Assembly (NCBI RefSeq): GCF_009914755.1
Contig: NC_060933.1
Origin: the human T2T-CHM13v2.0 reference genome, Homo sapiens
Direction: 5' to 3' (one strand)
Length of the DNA stretch: 64,000 nt
The notes under the pieces are model-generated. The model saw only the letters and a list, made by a program, of their open reading frames with translations. It made no database searches and was not told where the DNA came from. The position numbers and the translations under genes are program-made. Shown piece by piece: positions 19,172 through 35,420 of this stretch (its first letter is position 1; the number at the start of each line of letters is the position of its first letter).

Positions 19172-19390
19172 TAGAGTTTCTTAACCTTCTCACTCCTGCC
19201 ATTTTGGGCCAAATAAGTCTTTGTTGTGGGGGTTGTCTGGTACACTGTAGAGTGTTTAGCGGCATCCCTCGCCTCTACGCACTAGATGCCAGTTGCATCA
19301 CCCCCCTACTTGTTTTGACGGCTAAAAATATCTCCAGATATTGCCAAATGTGTCTTGGGAGGCAGATCGCCCCAGCTAAGAAGCCCAGTG
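19172..19390 (-). mobile_element. MER20 (hAT-Charlie)
   Basis: gtttagcggcatccctcgcctctacgcactagatgccag...tctccagatattgccaaatgt. Confidence 0.88.
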
Positions 19391-19837
19391 CTGATATACC
19401 ATATACCTTATCCAAAACATTCCCAACCCTACAAAACAGAAACTCCCCAAGTCTTAACTGTATTCTACATATCTAATAATGATTTTCAGCATTGTATCTT
19501 TTCTTATTCTTAATTCAGTTACTAATACTCTACTTGTAGTTCAGACTACCTCAAGTAGATAAACCAATTGTGCTGCTGCAAATTTAATGATTCAATAAAA
19601 ATTATACTGCTTCTGAGACTTCTCTTCATCTATTTCCAAAGCTGAAACTAAAAATCTTAAGCTATTTATAGTATTATAACCTTCAAGAATATGGCCCAAA
19701 AAAGCAGGAAAAGGTTATACAATTCAATCTTCTTAAAATGTACTACTTAACCTGTGGTCAAATTAAACAGCTCCAAAACATGCCCCAAAGCAGAATAACC
19801 CATACAAAGATGAAAGTGCAAAGGATATTATCTAGTT

Positions 19838-20000
19838 TCTTGTTACTCAAAATGAGATCTATAGACCAGCAGCATCAGCATCACCACAGAGCTTAACAGA
19901 AAGGCAGAATCTTAGGCCCCACTTCAGACCTACAAAATCAGAATTTGCATTTCAACAAGCTTTCAAGATGGCTTGTGTGCACATTAAGTTTGAGGCAGTA
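19838..20000. mobile_element. MER5A-type hAT element
   Basis: gaccagcagcatcagcatcacc...cagacctacaaaatcagaatttgcattt. Confidence 0.8.
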
Positions 20001-20629
20001 ATCTAGCTGGGTTTTTTTTTGGTTTGGGGTTGGGGGGGGCAGTGTTTGTTTGTTTTGTTTTAAGAGAAAGACAGGGTCTCACTCTGTCACCCAGGCTGGA
20101 ATGTAGTGGCACAATCACAGCTCACTGCAACCTTGAACTCCTGGGCTCAAGTGATCCTCCCATGGCAGTCTCTGAGTAGCTAGCCTTCACCGTCTTAGGA
20201 AGATAAAAAAAAAGATACCTGTTTTCTTATTATTTTTAAAATAATGGATAAACATTTGGCCCATTTCCAATAACAGATATGTAAATGACTACAATAAGGA
20301 ACTAATGAGTGCTGGGAAATAAAGTTGAGGTGAAACCTAGATCATGTATTCTCAATTACCCACACCTAGAAAAAAGGTTAGCCTAGACAGCAAGCATGTA
20401 GTGCCCTAGAAGAAATAAACCATTTCTGTGTGTCTAGACTTGAACTCAATTCTGAAATGACTACAACAACCCCCTTCAGCACAATAGTATACATACTAGG
20501 AGCTAGGCATATTTTCTTAATTAACAAATGATGAATACTACAAGATTTTATAAAATATCTGCTAGATAAGTTACTCTGCCTTATGCAAGATAGGAGTATG
20601 TAAAAGGCCTCTAGAAAGGTCTAGATTTC

Positions 20630-20856
20630 AAGAAAGGAGGAGGTAGATAAGAAGAAGAGGAAGGAGAGGAAAACGAGGGAGGATGTGGAGGAGAGAGGAG
20701 GAGGAAGAAAGAGTAAGGAGCCATGGAGAGATGAGGAAGAGGAAGGAGGATGATGAGGAAGGAGGAGGAAGAAAGAGTAAGGAGCGATGGAGAGATGAGG
20801 AAGAGGAAGGAGGATGATGAAGAAGGAGAAGGAAGGGGCAGGGGAGAAGGAAGGAA
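20630..20856. repeat. Polypurine GA-rich tract containing a 64-bp tandem duplication
   Basis: gaggaagaaagagtaaggagc... at 20701 and again at 20765. Confidence 0.9.
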
Positions 20857-21181
20857 TTTTTCCCTAAACAAGAATTTTAACAACAGCCTAATGGGCTAGT
20901 TCATGAATCTATCCACTTCTTTTCATCTCCACTGTCACTATCCTAATCTAAGTCAATATCATCTATTTTGGAGCCTCATGACTTATTCTCCCCACATCTA
21001 CTCTTACACTCCTATACTCCATTCTTGACATAGCAGCGACCTCCTGGACTCAAGAGATCTTCCCACCTCAGCCTCCCAAACTGCTGGGATTACAGGGGTG
21101 TGCCACCATGCTTGGCCTCAGAGTAATCTTTTTAGAGGTTTTTGAGATGCAGCCAGTGGCTCAAATGAGAAAGGATAGGTT

Positions 21182-21472
21182 AGCTGGGCACGGTGGCTCA
21201 TGCCTGTAATCCCAGCACTTTGGGAGGCCGAGGCAGGTGGATCATGAGGTCAAGAGATCGAGACCATCCTGGCCAACATGGTGAAACCCCGTCTCTACTA
21301 AAAATACAAAAAAATAGCTGGGCATGGTGGCAGGCGCCTGTAGTTCCAGCTACTCCGGAGGCTGAGGCAGGAGAATAGGTGAACCCGGGAGGCGGAGCTT
21401 GCAGTGAGCTGAGATCGCGCCACTGCACTCCAGCCTGGGTGACAAAGCGAGACTCTGTCTCAAAAAAAAGAA
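21182..21472 (+). mobile_element. AluY/Sc
   Basis: Alu dimer with ggagcttgcagtg. Confidence 0.93.
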
Positions 21473-22174
21473 AGGACAGGTTCATAACTCACTCCAACAG
21501 ATGCAATACCAGGGTTCAAAAATGGTGGCAACAGCATCCGGAACCAGACTCCCCTAGGGGCATGACTTCAGCCATGATTACAGATATTTGGATTCCCTTG
21601 GTTCTTGCCTATTTTCTGAACCAGATTCTCCAGTCTTTCCATCCATGCTGTGAGGTACTTGACAACTTTCCAATAAATTCATTTTCTGCTTAAGTTGGCT
21701 GGAATTAAGGTCTGTAATTTTCAACCAAGAACCTTTCCTGGAACAATGCCGTTTCTTTTTTGCTTTTTTAATGACCTGTCATTCACTAAGTTTAGCCTTC
21801 CAAAATGGGTATAATTAAAAAGCTAAAATTCTAAATACCATTCACATCACCGACCTCCTAAAAACAGCTTTCAAAGTGAATATTTAGTTTTATTTATCAC
21901 TCAGTTAAATCCAACATTCTACCTACTCCATGCTTGCACCTGGGCTACTAAATAGGGCTGAAGAAATACACATAATCATGCTGACTGATCTCACTTTCAA
22001 AGCATGACCACAGAATGGGCATTTCCACTACATTCCTAGTCCACTCACTCTTCACTTTCCAGAGCCCTATCTCACACTTTCTCTTCTCTCCTCAAACATC
22101 CAACATCTCATCCGCCATCCCCACTTTTCAGCTGATGGCAATTGTTTTATATTTCACTAAAAAACAGAGGCTTG

Positions 22175-22820
<646 letters not shown>

Positions 22821-23411
22821 ACCAGAGAAAATCAGTAAAGATCCTCCACACATGCCCAGCCACAATGTACCATCTACTTGCTATTGTAGCCACACATATT
22901 ATTCTGTCTTCCTTCTATTATCTTGATTGAACTATGTTACTATCTAAGGCCAAGCCCTCCATTCATGCCTTAACCTTCACATCCCTCACTGTTATTCAAG
23001 GACATCAGCCCATCAACTGTTCTCTTCTTGCAGCATCACCAATGGGCCTCTGTGCTGGATAACTATCATCAGCATTCAAACAGGGTGCATTAGCTTCCAA
23101 TTTAAAACTCTTCTTTCTAGCTCACATGCTCCTCTAGCCTTCATGCTGTTTCTCTACTCTCCTTCACAGCATTAACTCTTTAGAAGACTTGTCTATAGAG
23201 CTGTCTCCCATTCATCCCCCATTCTCTGTCGAACACACACCAATTCACTTTGTTCCCATCATTCCACTGAATCACTGCTTGTCACTACCAATGAGTTCCA
23301 TACTGGTAAATCCAAAGGGTAATTATCAGTCTTCATCTTATGTTACTTATCGACAGCACTGGACACTGTTGATCATTTTCCTCTTCTTGAAACACTCCTG
23401 GTTGCCTTCTA

Positions 23412-23754
<343 letters not shown>

Positions 23755-23869
23755 TCAAAGTTTCCACTGATGGTTCACCTCATGATCCAACGTGGAAATG
23801 TTGGAGTGTTCCTGAGCTCAAATCTCTGAGATGTTCTCTTCTCCACTCATTCCATAGGTGACAGTGTGA

Positions 23870-24210
<341 letters not shown>

Positions 24211-24859
24211 ACACCTACGTTTTTTTAATCTACACACTGGACTTCTCCCCTGAATTCCAGTCTCCACTTTCTAACTTTCTATTTGTCATCTCTATCTGAA
24301 TGTCTCATTGGTACTCCAAACTTATCAGATACAAAACTTAATTGCAACTATTCACCCCAAAAACCTACTCTATTCACAGTCTTCCCCTTCTCGGTTGGAG
24401 CAACTCCATTTTTCCAGTTGTTCGGGTACAGTTCATTCCAAACACAGCAGACAAGATGATCTTTTAAAATATGTCAAATTCTATCACTTAGCTCAGAATC
24501 TTCACATGGTTTCCCATCTCATTCTGAGAAGATCCCCAAGTCTTTACAATGGCTTACAAGGTCTCATATGATCTGATCACCACTATTATATCCAAGACTT
24601 TATCTCCTATTATTCTTCATCCTACTATTCTCATTCATTCTAGCCACACTGCTCTCCTTGCTGTTTCATGTACACACCAATACTCTACACATTCCTGCCA
24701 CAGGGTTGTCTTGGAATTCACTGTAATCTCAGCTTGGACCGCTCTTCCCAAAATATCTGCAGAGCTAGTTCCATCATTTCACTCAAATCATCTTATTGCA
24801 TTTCTGGTCTTCCCTGACCACCCCATATAAAACAGCAACACCCTTCCTTATACTTATTT

Positions 24860-25147
24860 ATCTTTGAGACAAACTCTGGCTCTGCCACCCAGGCTGATGT
24901 GCAGGGGCTCCAACACGGCTCACTGAAGCCTCGACCTCCTGGGCTCAAGTGACCCTTCCGCCTCAGCTCCCCAAGTAGCTGGGACTACAGGCTCACACCA
25001 CCACGCCCAGCTACTTTTTGTGTTTTCTATAGAGACAGGGTCTCCCCATGTTGCCCAGGCTGGTCTCGAACTTCTGAGGTCAGTTGATCCGCCTGTCTCA
25101 GCCTCCCTAAGTACTAAGATTACAGGTGTAAGCCGCCACGCCCAGCC
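24860..25147 (-). mobile_element. AluJ
   Basis: cctcgacctcctgggctcaag AluJ signature. Confidence 0.9.
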
Positions 25148-25353
25148 AAAATTTATTTATTATCTATCTCCAAATATAATGCAAACTTCATGAGGGGAGG
25201 GACATTTCCCTATCTCCAATGTCTATAATAAAGCCCAGTACTAATAGTTACACAAGAAACTACTGATAAAGGAATAAAAGAAACTTTAAATTATAAATTT
25301 TTAAGTTATAAAATAGATACATAAAATGTATTAATTACTTTCACACACGAAGT

Positions 25354-25747
25354 TGTGACAGACAAACAGATGTGTCACCCAGCTCTCCCTTCAAGAAAGA
25401 ACTTGCTGGGAGTACTGTCAGCTCCTGTAGACATTACCTCTGCAGAGCTACCTTGCCCAAGGTCATGTGCTTCCCAAGACAATCCCTCATCCAGTAACCA
25501 ACGGAGACAAAGGTATAAATGGTCCAGCCATTTCTGCTCAAAGCAGGGCAACTCTAAAAGTCCACGTTAGCTCCAGAGCTCCCTGTGGAGTCAGCTCCTG
25601 TTGTTCACAGTGTACCACAGCTCAACTTCTCCCTGCCAAATCTTGCTTCTTCCCTTCCACAGGAGTTGAACAGAAGAGCACTACTTAACATTCTGCACAT
25701 TAAGTTGTGTCTCAAATTCTGCTTTCTGGAGCCCCTAACCTGTGATA
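25354..25747 (+). mobile_element. LTR16A-like ERVL solo LTR
   Basis: tgtgacagac...agatgtgtcacccagctctcccttcaagaaagaacttg ... tctgctttctggagcccctaacctgtgata. Confidence 0.7.
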
Positions 25748-25829
25748 GTTAAGACAAAAAATACATGCTTATTAAACTAAAAAACAAAGCATATCCCTAT
25801 AAAACAGAAAATGAACATCCCTATAATAG

Positions 25830-26290
25830 ATAGTCCTACAATACGTGTTCTCTCCTTCTACAGAAATGATTACATAATAACAGAGTCTCCTATTTTTAAC
25901 TGGGCATAAGGCCAACCATAATAAACACTAGTCTTCCTTGCATCCAGGTATGGCCATGGAACTAAATGATGGCCAGTGGGATTTGAGGTGAAGTGATGTA
26001 ACTTTGAGAACTTGTCCTTAGAGGAATTAATGTGCTCTCTTCCTCCTGACTTTCCCCCTTTTTTCTAATGGGAATATGGACATAATATTGAGCATCTTGG
26101 ACCACGTGGATGTGGGCAATAAGCTAGTGATGAGAGAGCAACAAGAGAGAAGAAGCCTGGAAAAACAAAACAAAACAAAAGAATAGAAGGAGCCTGGATC
26201 TCTGTGGAGCCACCATAAAGGCCCTGGGAGGCTTAAACTGAGAAAGAATTAAACCCCAATCTTTTTAAAATCTCTGTAACTTGGGTGAGG
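25830..26290 (+). mobile_element. MLT1 (J/K-like) LTR
   Basis: ccttgcatccaggtatggccatggaactaaatgatggccagtgggat MLT1 motif. Confidence 0.65.
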
Positions 26291-26299
26291 GCTACAACT

Positions 26300-27069
26300 G
26301 CTGTCAGTGCTCTGCCCACATTTCCTCCCAACCCTGTGCTCTCACTCCCAACAGCCAGCACCTGCAGGTCTTTGTAGAGGGGCTACCCTCAGTCTGCCAG
26401 CACTTCCTGGACATTTATACACTCATCCTGTATTAGTCTGTTTTTCACACTGTTGATAAAGACATACCCAAGACTGGGTAACTTATACAGGAAAAAGGGT
26501 TTAATGGGGGTGCCTCATAATCATGGCAGAAGGCAAGGAGGAGCAAGTCATGTCTTACATGGATGGCAGCAGGCAAAGAGAGAGCTTGTGCAGGGGAACT
26601 CCCCCTTGCAGAACCATCAGATCTCGTGAGACTTATTCACTATCACAAGGAGAACACAGGAAAAACCTGCCCCCATGATTCAATTACCTCCCACCGGGTC
26701 CCTCCCACAACACAAAGGAATTCAAGATGAGATTTGGGTGGGGACACAGGCAAACCATATCACCTCCCCACCAGGGATGGTCCTTAGCAATTACTGATGG
26801 GTATGAAAGTATAAAGGCTCTACTTTATTTCTTTGGTCCCTGGCAGTGACAACTCTTAGGTATAAGCTCCAGAACTCCCTTGCAAGACTAGCCAAAGTTG
26901 TCTACCTTGAGGCTTTCTTGGTATCACATCCTTGATACCAGCCTCCTCTTCCTGTCCCCAGTCCTACTTTCCCACTCCCTAGCAGGTTTTTCTGAAACTC
27001 TTCTCAGTAAGTTGTCTTCCCATAAAAGTTTATCTCAACTCCTGCTTCTGGGGAACCCAACCTGAGGCA
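26300..27069 (+). mobile_element. LTR16-family LTR interrupted by THE1 LTR
   Basis: Ends ctgcttctggggaacccaacctgaggca. Confidence 0.65.
26429..26762 (-). mobile_element. THE1A/B solo LTR
   Basis: tgtattagtc...ggggacacaggcaaaccatatca; TSD catcc/cctcc. Confidence 0.92.
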
Positions 27070-27496
27070 GTACCCTGCCTCTATCCCATTCTCCCAGGGT
27101 TTATCACACTCAATAACTGTACACCTTTCCAAACCTTTGTCTTTGCATAATCAAACATGTGGTTCTCTTAAACGAAAATGAAATTATATGATATAAACTA
27201 TGCAACTGGCCTTATTCACTTAAAGTATTGCATGGACCACATCCTATGACAGTAAAATATATATACTCCTGACTATTTTCCAGGATACATGGTTGCCTAT
27301 AACTTAACGTTTAAATAAATATCAAACACATTTTTTTTGAGAAGTAGGGAAAGAATTTTAAAATGGTAGGAAACTTCTTTGATTCACTCCTATCATTCTA
27401 CTCATCAATGAGAAAAGAAAGATTATATTACGTATACAATTACTTCTAGGAATACCAAAAAGAAACAATGCAAAATTTGTTAAAAGTTAAAAAATT

Positions 27497-27859
<363 letters not shown>

Positions 27860-28221
27860 TTAAAGGCCTGAAATAGATATAGACACAGATATATGTAATC
27901 TTCAATATATTAATACTTAAAATATTTAAATATTTTATATACAAATAAAATTTATATCAAATACCAGGATAGTCTTACAGTTTTGTGATTTAAAAAGGCA
28001 GGAAGAAGAGAAAGAAGTAGGAAGATTTCTCTAACTCCCATTACAAGTCTGGTATTTCAAAAGAATATTCTTTTGTTACTGGCAAAATGCATTCTGGATA
28101 TTTCAGAAGGATATGTTGCTTGAAATATATATTTCAAGGAAGAAAGATTACAGATATTTCGTGAACCTTCAAGAATTAAAATAATAGCAATGGAAACTTC
28201 AATATTTCAACACCAACATTA

Positions 28222-28715
<494 letters not shown>

Positions 28716-29633
28716 TGACAGAAAATATAACAATGTTATCTCTTATTGGATGGTAAATCTGGATTACAATTATAAAAGAGACTTAATAAAGCAGTGTAAC
28801 CTTTATTTTCCACAAAATGACTATACTGGTGCATAAAATGAAACAGAAGCCTAGAAAAAACAAACTCTCATGAGTAACAAGATTGTTTTCATCTCATTTG
28901 GAACTGTTCAATGTTACATATCGAACATTTTGGCAGGCCAATAACCTGTAACATTATAATTTAAGAATGCTAAGATGGGGCATGGCTGCAAGATGCAGTC
29001 ACACTGTAAATTAAGAATCGAAGGGGGTCAGATGTGTGACAGAACTTCTGTGGTGGTGTTTTTCCTATTTGTGAACTGCAAAGGGAAGTCTCCAATCTAG
29101 TTATTAAACTTTCAGTCTGTCTGAGGTAACAGCTATTATGCCAAAAGCAATTACTCAGGCTAGTACTGGAGATGTTTTGTTGTTGTTGTTTTAGCCGAAG
29201 TCAGATAATTCCTGGGTTTGTCTGTATGTGCCCTTATCCCTTAATCAACAAGAACATCTACGACATCAAAATTCTCCCTCCTGTTTCCAGTTCTTCTCAA
29301 TTGGCAAAATCACAGATTAAAAAAAAAAAATTAGATGTGTGTCCAAAATTGTCTTTACCGCAAATGTTTTGAGACAAATTTTAAAAACAGATTTACTTGT
29401 AGGGATTTTGTTGAGATATAGAGAAGTGATTTTGTTGAGATGTAGAGAAACACTTCCTTGAAGTTTATTTCTGATACTGTTAGCTACATTCTTGGCATCC
29501 TTTAGGAATTTTAAGAATACATATTCATATCCAGGAAAAAATAGAGAAAATATATATGCAGATACTTCCCCAAATTAAACTAAGCATGATGTAATTCCTA
29601 TAGAATTTTGTTATGAAAGAAATCACTTTTTAT

Positions 29634-29908
29634 CTTTTTTTTTTTTTTGAGACAGTATCTCATCACTCTATTGCCCAGGCTGGAATGCAGCAGTGCGATC
29701 TCAGTTCACTGCAACCTCCGCCTCTGGGTTCAAGTGATTCTTGTGACTCAGCCCGCCTAGTAGATGAGATGTGCGCTACCATGCCTGGCTAATTTTTTTG
29801 TATTTTTAGTAGAGACAGGGTTTTGCCATGTTGGCCACGCTAGTCTCGACCTCCTGGCCTCAAGTGATGCACCCGCCTCAGCCTCCCAAAGTGCTAGGAT
29901 TACAGACG
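29634..29908 (-). mobile_element. AluS
   Basis: Reverse Alu dimer. Confidence 0.9.
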
Positions 29909-30077
29909 GCAGCTTTTCATCCTTCAAAGAAAAACAAATACACACCTTATGTTTAAGCAAAACATAAGAATTATCACTGGTACTTTGGCTTAGGCTCTGG
30001 CTGGCCTTGAACATTCCAGACTTTGAGTGAGTAATGAATATGAGGAAATCATGTGTCTGTCAGTAACAGGTGTTAAA

Positions 30078-30463
30078 TTCTACTGTCTCTATGAATTTGA
30101 CTACTCTAAGTACTTTGTATAAGTGGAATCATATTTGTCGTTTTGTGTCTGGCTTATTTCATTCAGCATAGTGTCTTCAACGTTCATCCATGTTGTAGCA
30201 TGTGTCAGAATTTCATTGCTTTTTATAGCTAAATAATATCCCATTGTATGGATATAACACATTTTGTTTATCTGTCCATCTATATCAATGGACATCCGGG
30301 TTGTGTGCACCTTTTGGCCATTGTGAATAATGCTGCTACTAACCTTGGTGTACCAATCTGTTCAAGTACCTGCTTTCAATTTATCTGGGCACACGCCCAG
30401 AAGTTGAGTGGCTGGATCATATAATAACTCTATGTTTAATTTTTTAAGGAACTGCCATACTTT
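30078..30463 (-). mobile_element. L1MB 3' fragment
   Basis: ctatgaatttgactactctaag...gtggaatcata...ttcatccatgttgtagcatgtgtcagaatttc. Confidence 0.85.
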
Positions 30464-30629
30464 AATGTAAGATTTTAAAGCACAAATATCAGTGTATTCT
30501 ACAGATCTATGAGAAGTAGCTCTTGTCTCTTGTGGTGATTGCCAACATTTAGCTTAGAATTGCAACTTGCAACATATATGTCAGAAGTGGCCCAGGTTTT
30601 CACATTGGAAGGGAAGAAAAAGTAGTAAT

Positions 30630-30860
30630 AAAAGCAATCACTTATTGACTGTTTATTATGCACCAGATTCTGAGCTGAGAGCTTTACACAGATTCTTGCA
30701 TTGAATCCTCAAGACAAACCTACTTGGTTCTACTATCTCCATTTCAGAGAAGAGTAAGCAGGCCAGATAGGTTAATGACATGCCTAAGATCACAAAGCAG
30801 ACGAGTGCCAGCACCAGGACTCAATTTCGGTTCTAAGTCAGAGCCTTTGCTTTAATCACT
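30630..30860 (-). mobile_element. MIR
   Basis: cacttattgactgtttattatgcaccag...ctccatttcagagaagag...cctaagatcaca. Confidence 0.7.
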
Positions 30861-30861
30861 A

Positions 30862-32010
30862 TTCATTCTTTCAACAATCATTCATTAAAGGCCTATTACA
30901 TGTCACGCAATGTTCAAATTGCAGGTAACACAGTAATGAGCAAAACACACATAAAATGTTCTTGGACTAAAATAAGTTACCTCTAGTAGGGGGAGACAGT
31001 ACAAATTATATAAATTACATAGTATATTAGATGGTGATAAGTGCTCTGGAGAAAAAGCAAGCAGACAAAGGGGACAAAGAGCTGCAATTGGAAACAGGCT
31101 GATCACAAAAGACCTCACTAAGATGACATCTAAGCAAAAATAACTTGAAGGAGGTGAAAGAATAAACCGTGAGGGAAATGTGGTAGAAAATTATTCTAGG
31201 CAGAGAAAAGAGCAAGTGCACAGGCCCCGAGTTAGCTTGCCTGATGTGTTTGAGCAACAGCAAAACACTGAACTAAAAACTGTGACTGAGCTGGGCACGG
31301 TGATGCATGCCTACAATCCCAGCTATTCAGGAGGCTGAAAAGGGAGGACTGCTTGAGTCCAGGAGTTTGAATCCAGCCTGGGCAACACAGTGAGACCCCA
31401 TCTCTTAACAACAACAACAACAACAAACCCAACTGAGACTGAAGTGGAACCAGGCACAGATTGATGAGGAGGGGAAGAGGTCAGAGACATACTGAAGAAC
31501 CAGTTCACGCACAGCCATGTAGGCCACTGAAAAGCCTTCAGCTTGTATACTGAAGCAAATGAGGAGCCAATGGAGCGTTTTGAACAAGGAGTGATGTGAT
31601 TTGACTGACATTTTAAAAGGATCTCACTGGCTACTGTATTGGGAGACAAGAACGGAAGCAGGGAAGCCAGTTGTAAGACTGCTCTAACAACTCAGGCCAC
31701 AGTTTAAATCAGTAGAGAGAGTGGAAAATAGTTAAATGCTGAATATTTCCTAGAGATAGAGCTGAGACTTACCAATGGATGGGAATGCAGAGGATAAGAC
31801 AAGGTGAAGAATGACTCCAAGGCCTTTGATCTGAGCAACTGGAAGGATGGAATAGCCACTGACTAAGATGAGACCTCCAGACATGTCTGGGAGGTCTATT
31901 AGGAGCTCCACTTTGGAAGTGTTAGGGTTGAGAAGCTACTGGACATCTGAGCAAAAATGCAGAACAGGCAGCTGGAATTTTGAGTCTAGAGTTCAGGGGA
32001 ATGGTATAGG
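30862..32010 (-). mobile_element. L2a fragment with FLAM (31289-31428, +)
   Basis: gtgataagtgctctggagaaaa; cattttaaaaggatctcactggctactgt; atgactccaaggcctttgatctgagcaactggaagg. Confidence 0.82.
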
Positions 32011-32341
32011 CTGGAGTCAATTTAGTACCACAAAATATGCCAAGAACTGTGTCAGACACTAGAAATACAGGGATGAATACATAGTACTGACCAGCCAAGA
32101 GACTGAAGTACATCCTTTCCCCCTAAATGTATTTCTCAGTGTGTTTGTTAACAGTTGCTATGAAAGAGCAGGGAAAATGTCAGTCAGCTAAACAGTTTAG
32201 ATTTCCTTTTGAGAATTTTTCAGACTTGAATAAACTAAACATATACTGTGACTTTCCACAAGGGGATAGAGACATCAAGCTGTTATGTGAACTTCTTAGC
32301 TTTTGTTGAAGTGTATGTTGTAGGCACATACTGGTCTAGGG

Positions 32342-32548
32342 CAAAGTTCTCAACTCCAACACTATGGACACTTGGGATCACATCATTCCTTGATGTGGGT
32401 GCTGTCCTGTGCACTGCAGGATGTCTAGCGGCATCCCTGGCCTCCACACACTAGACACCAGTAACACACCCCACGTCGGTGACAAACATGTCTCCAGACA
32501 TTGCTAAATGTCCCAAGGGACAAAATCACTCTCAGTTGAGAACCATTG
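32342..32548 (-). mobile_element. MER20 (hAT-Charlie)
   Basis: TIR-like ends caaagttctcaac / gttgagaaccattg; 8-bp TSD gtctaggg/gtctaatg. Confidence 0.9.
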
Positions 32549-32934
32549 GTCTAATGTTTTAATATATGCTTCCATAGGAAAATAATGATATTCCTTTTTC
32601 CCAAGTCTACTTTTATTTATTTAGCAGCAGAAAAGGATCTATTCATCTATCCTAATTATCCCAATGATGAGTTCATTACCGTTTCCCTACTTAAATCGGT
32701 AAGAGGCCATTAGACATGAATTTCCTCATTTTCCCCTGCAGCCTCTATCTTACTTACCCTCCCTCAGTCCTCCTCTTTCATAAAGATCAGCTGCTCCTCC
32801 AGCCACCACCTGTGCACTGGATTCCAGTCCCACTTGCCTCTGACCACAACTTCACCATCAGCTACTCCCTGCCCAGTAAGTTTAACCTCTCCCTCAGCCT
32901 TCAAACATGCCAATTTTTTCTCTTACCAAAATGA

Positions 32935-33244
<310 letters not shown>

Positions 33245-34968
33245 TACCCAAACACCTTCTCCTCTCCCTTAAGTCATCTCTCTCTTTCTCTATACAGCTA
33301 AATTTTCATGAGGTTCCATCTTAGACACCTGCCCTCTGCTTTTCCTCACTGCTTGTTTCCTTCTCTGCCTAATCAAGTCTAGGTCTACAGTCATTTTTCC
33401 ACTCTCTCAAAGATGAGGACCTCTTACCTGCCCAGTTCAATGGTTTCCTCAGAGGCCTTCCCTACCTGACATCACCTAGTGCTGAAAATATTTTTAAATG
33501 AACTCCTGAAGAAACTTTCTGACCCAGTGAGCAATCTCTCTCTTGAATCCCATGACATCATTCCCCTGGTTCTCTTTTCACCTCATTGATGGCTTTCTCG
33601 CAGTCTGTTTTCCTGTTTCTTCTGCATCCACTAACACAGGTAGTCCTTTGAGGATGATTTTTCAGTCCTCCTCTAAATGACTTCCAGGACTCCAAATACA
33701 CCTAGGAATTCCCTATTTAACTCTGACCTCATATTCTATCCTGAGCTCCAAATTAAGATTTTTAATAGTGAGATGGCAGATTTTTAATAAAAAGAACCAG
33801 AAGTAATATTAACATTAACAGTAATAACCACCACCAGAAATGTCTTTTACATCCCAAGCACTGAAGAAAGCACTTTATAAATATTCACTCATTTAATTTG
33901 CCCCTCAACAAGCGGTCCTTACTATTCCAACCACAATAATGAAGTTACAGTCTCAGGTTAAACAACTTTCTTACACAGCTAGTAAATTGTAAATCTAGGG
34001 CTGGGAACAGATTTTACCTCAAAGCCAATTTCTTAATCAAGTGATGTTGTTTCACCTTATCTTTTCGATTTCTCCTCAAAATTCAATTTTCTTAGGACTT
34101 CCTGAGTTTCACAAACTTATAGGATAATTTAAGGTTAACATTCAAACTATACACTCTTGGCCTCTGTATTAAAAGAGAAACATTTTTTTCTAAGAATCCT
34201 AGGGCTAAAAGGAAGTTAGTGTTATATAATTCATCTCTCAGCCTGTAGGGAGAAGTGTATCTAACCCATTCCAGACAGATGGGTATCTTCTATTTTTAAT
34301 GACATCTAGGAAAGGAAACTCTCACCTACTAAATTTAGACTGTGAGCCAAAGGAAAGAAGCATATCTAATTTTATGCTCCATATAGCCAGGCCTTCACAT
34401 ATAGTTGGTAATATGCATCCTAACAGGATTATTACCACAAGTAGAAACAAACACTTAAAAACTACAATAAAAAAATAAAGACAATAACTAGAAAGTGATT
34501 CAACTGGACTCTTCAAGTTCACAAGAGAACAGAATCATTCCAGTCCAAATTACAACAGAGCTGACATCGTAACAATTCTTCCTATTATATTAAAACCCAT
34601 CTGGCAGAAGTGATTGGAAAAACGACAAAGGAGTGTCCAGTAAGATGCATACATGTTTCACGGAGGTACCTAGTTTTTAAAAGTTAACTCCCAATCTTAA
34701 TGCAGAAGAGTCATGAATGAATCCTAAGTCAGTAACACTTTGAGGTTTATAGTTATACCTTTGCCACTGCTTATTCTTAACTCTAGCCTTTAACTCTAAA
34801 TACTTCACAACCTCCCTAAGAGATTTCAGTCTAATTCTGTCTGTCAGATAATCTTTGCTGGCTCTCAAGACATTAAGGAAAAAACAAACAAAACAAATAT
34901 TGCACAAATGATGCAAAACAAAGAGATTTCTGATCCTGTGTTTTACTTTAAAAAAAAAAAAAAAAAAA

Positions 34969-35420
<452 letters not shown>

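Noticed and set aside
20611-20883. Ser/Pro/Leu-rich ORF, or an acidic Glu-rich reading on the + strand
   Set aside because: By-product of the GA-rich low-complexity tract; the 64-bp period is not a multiple of 3.
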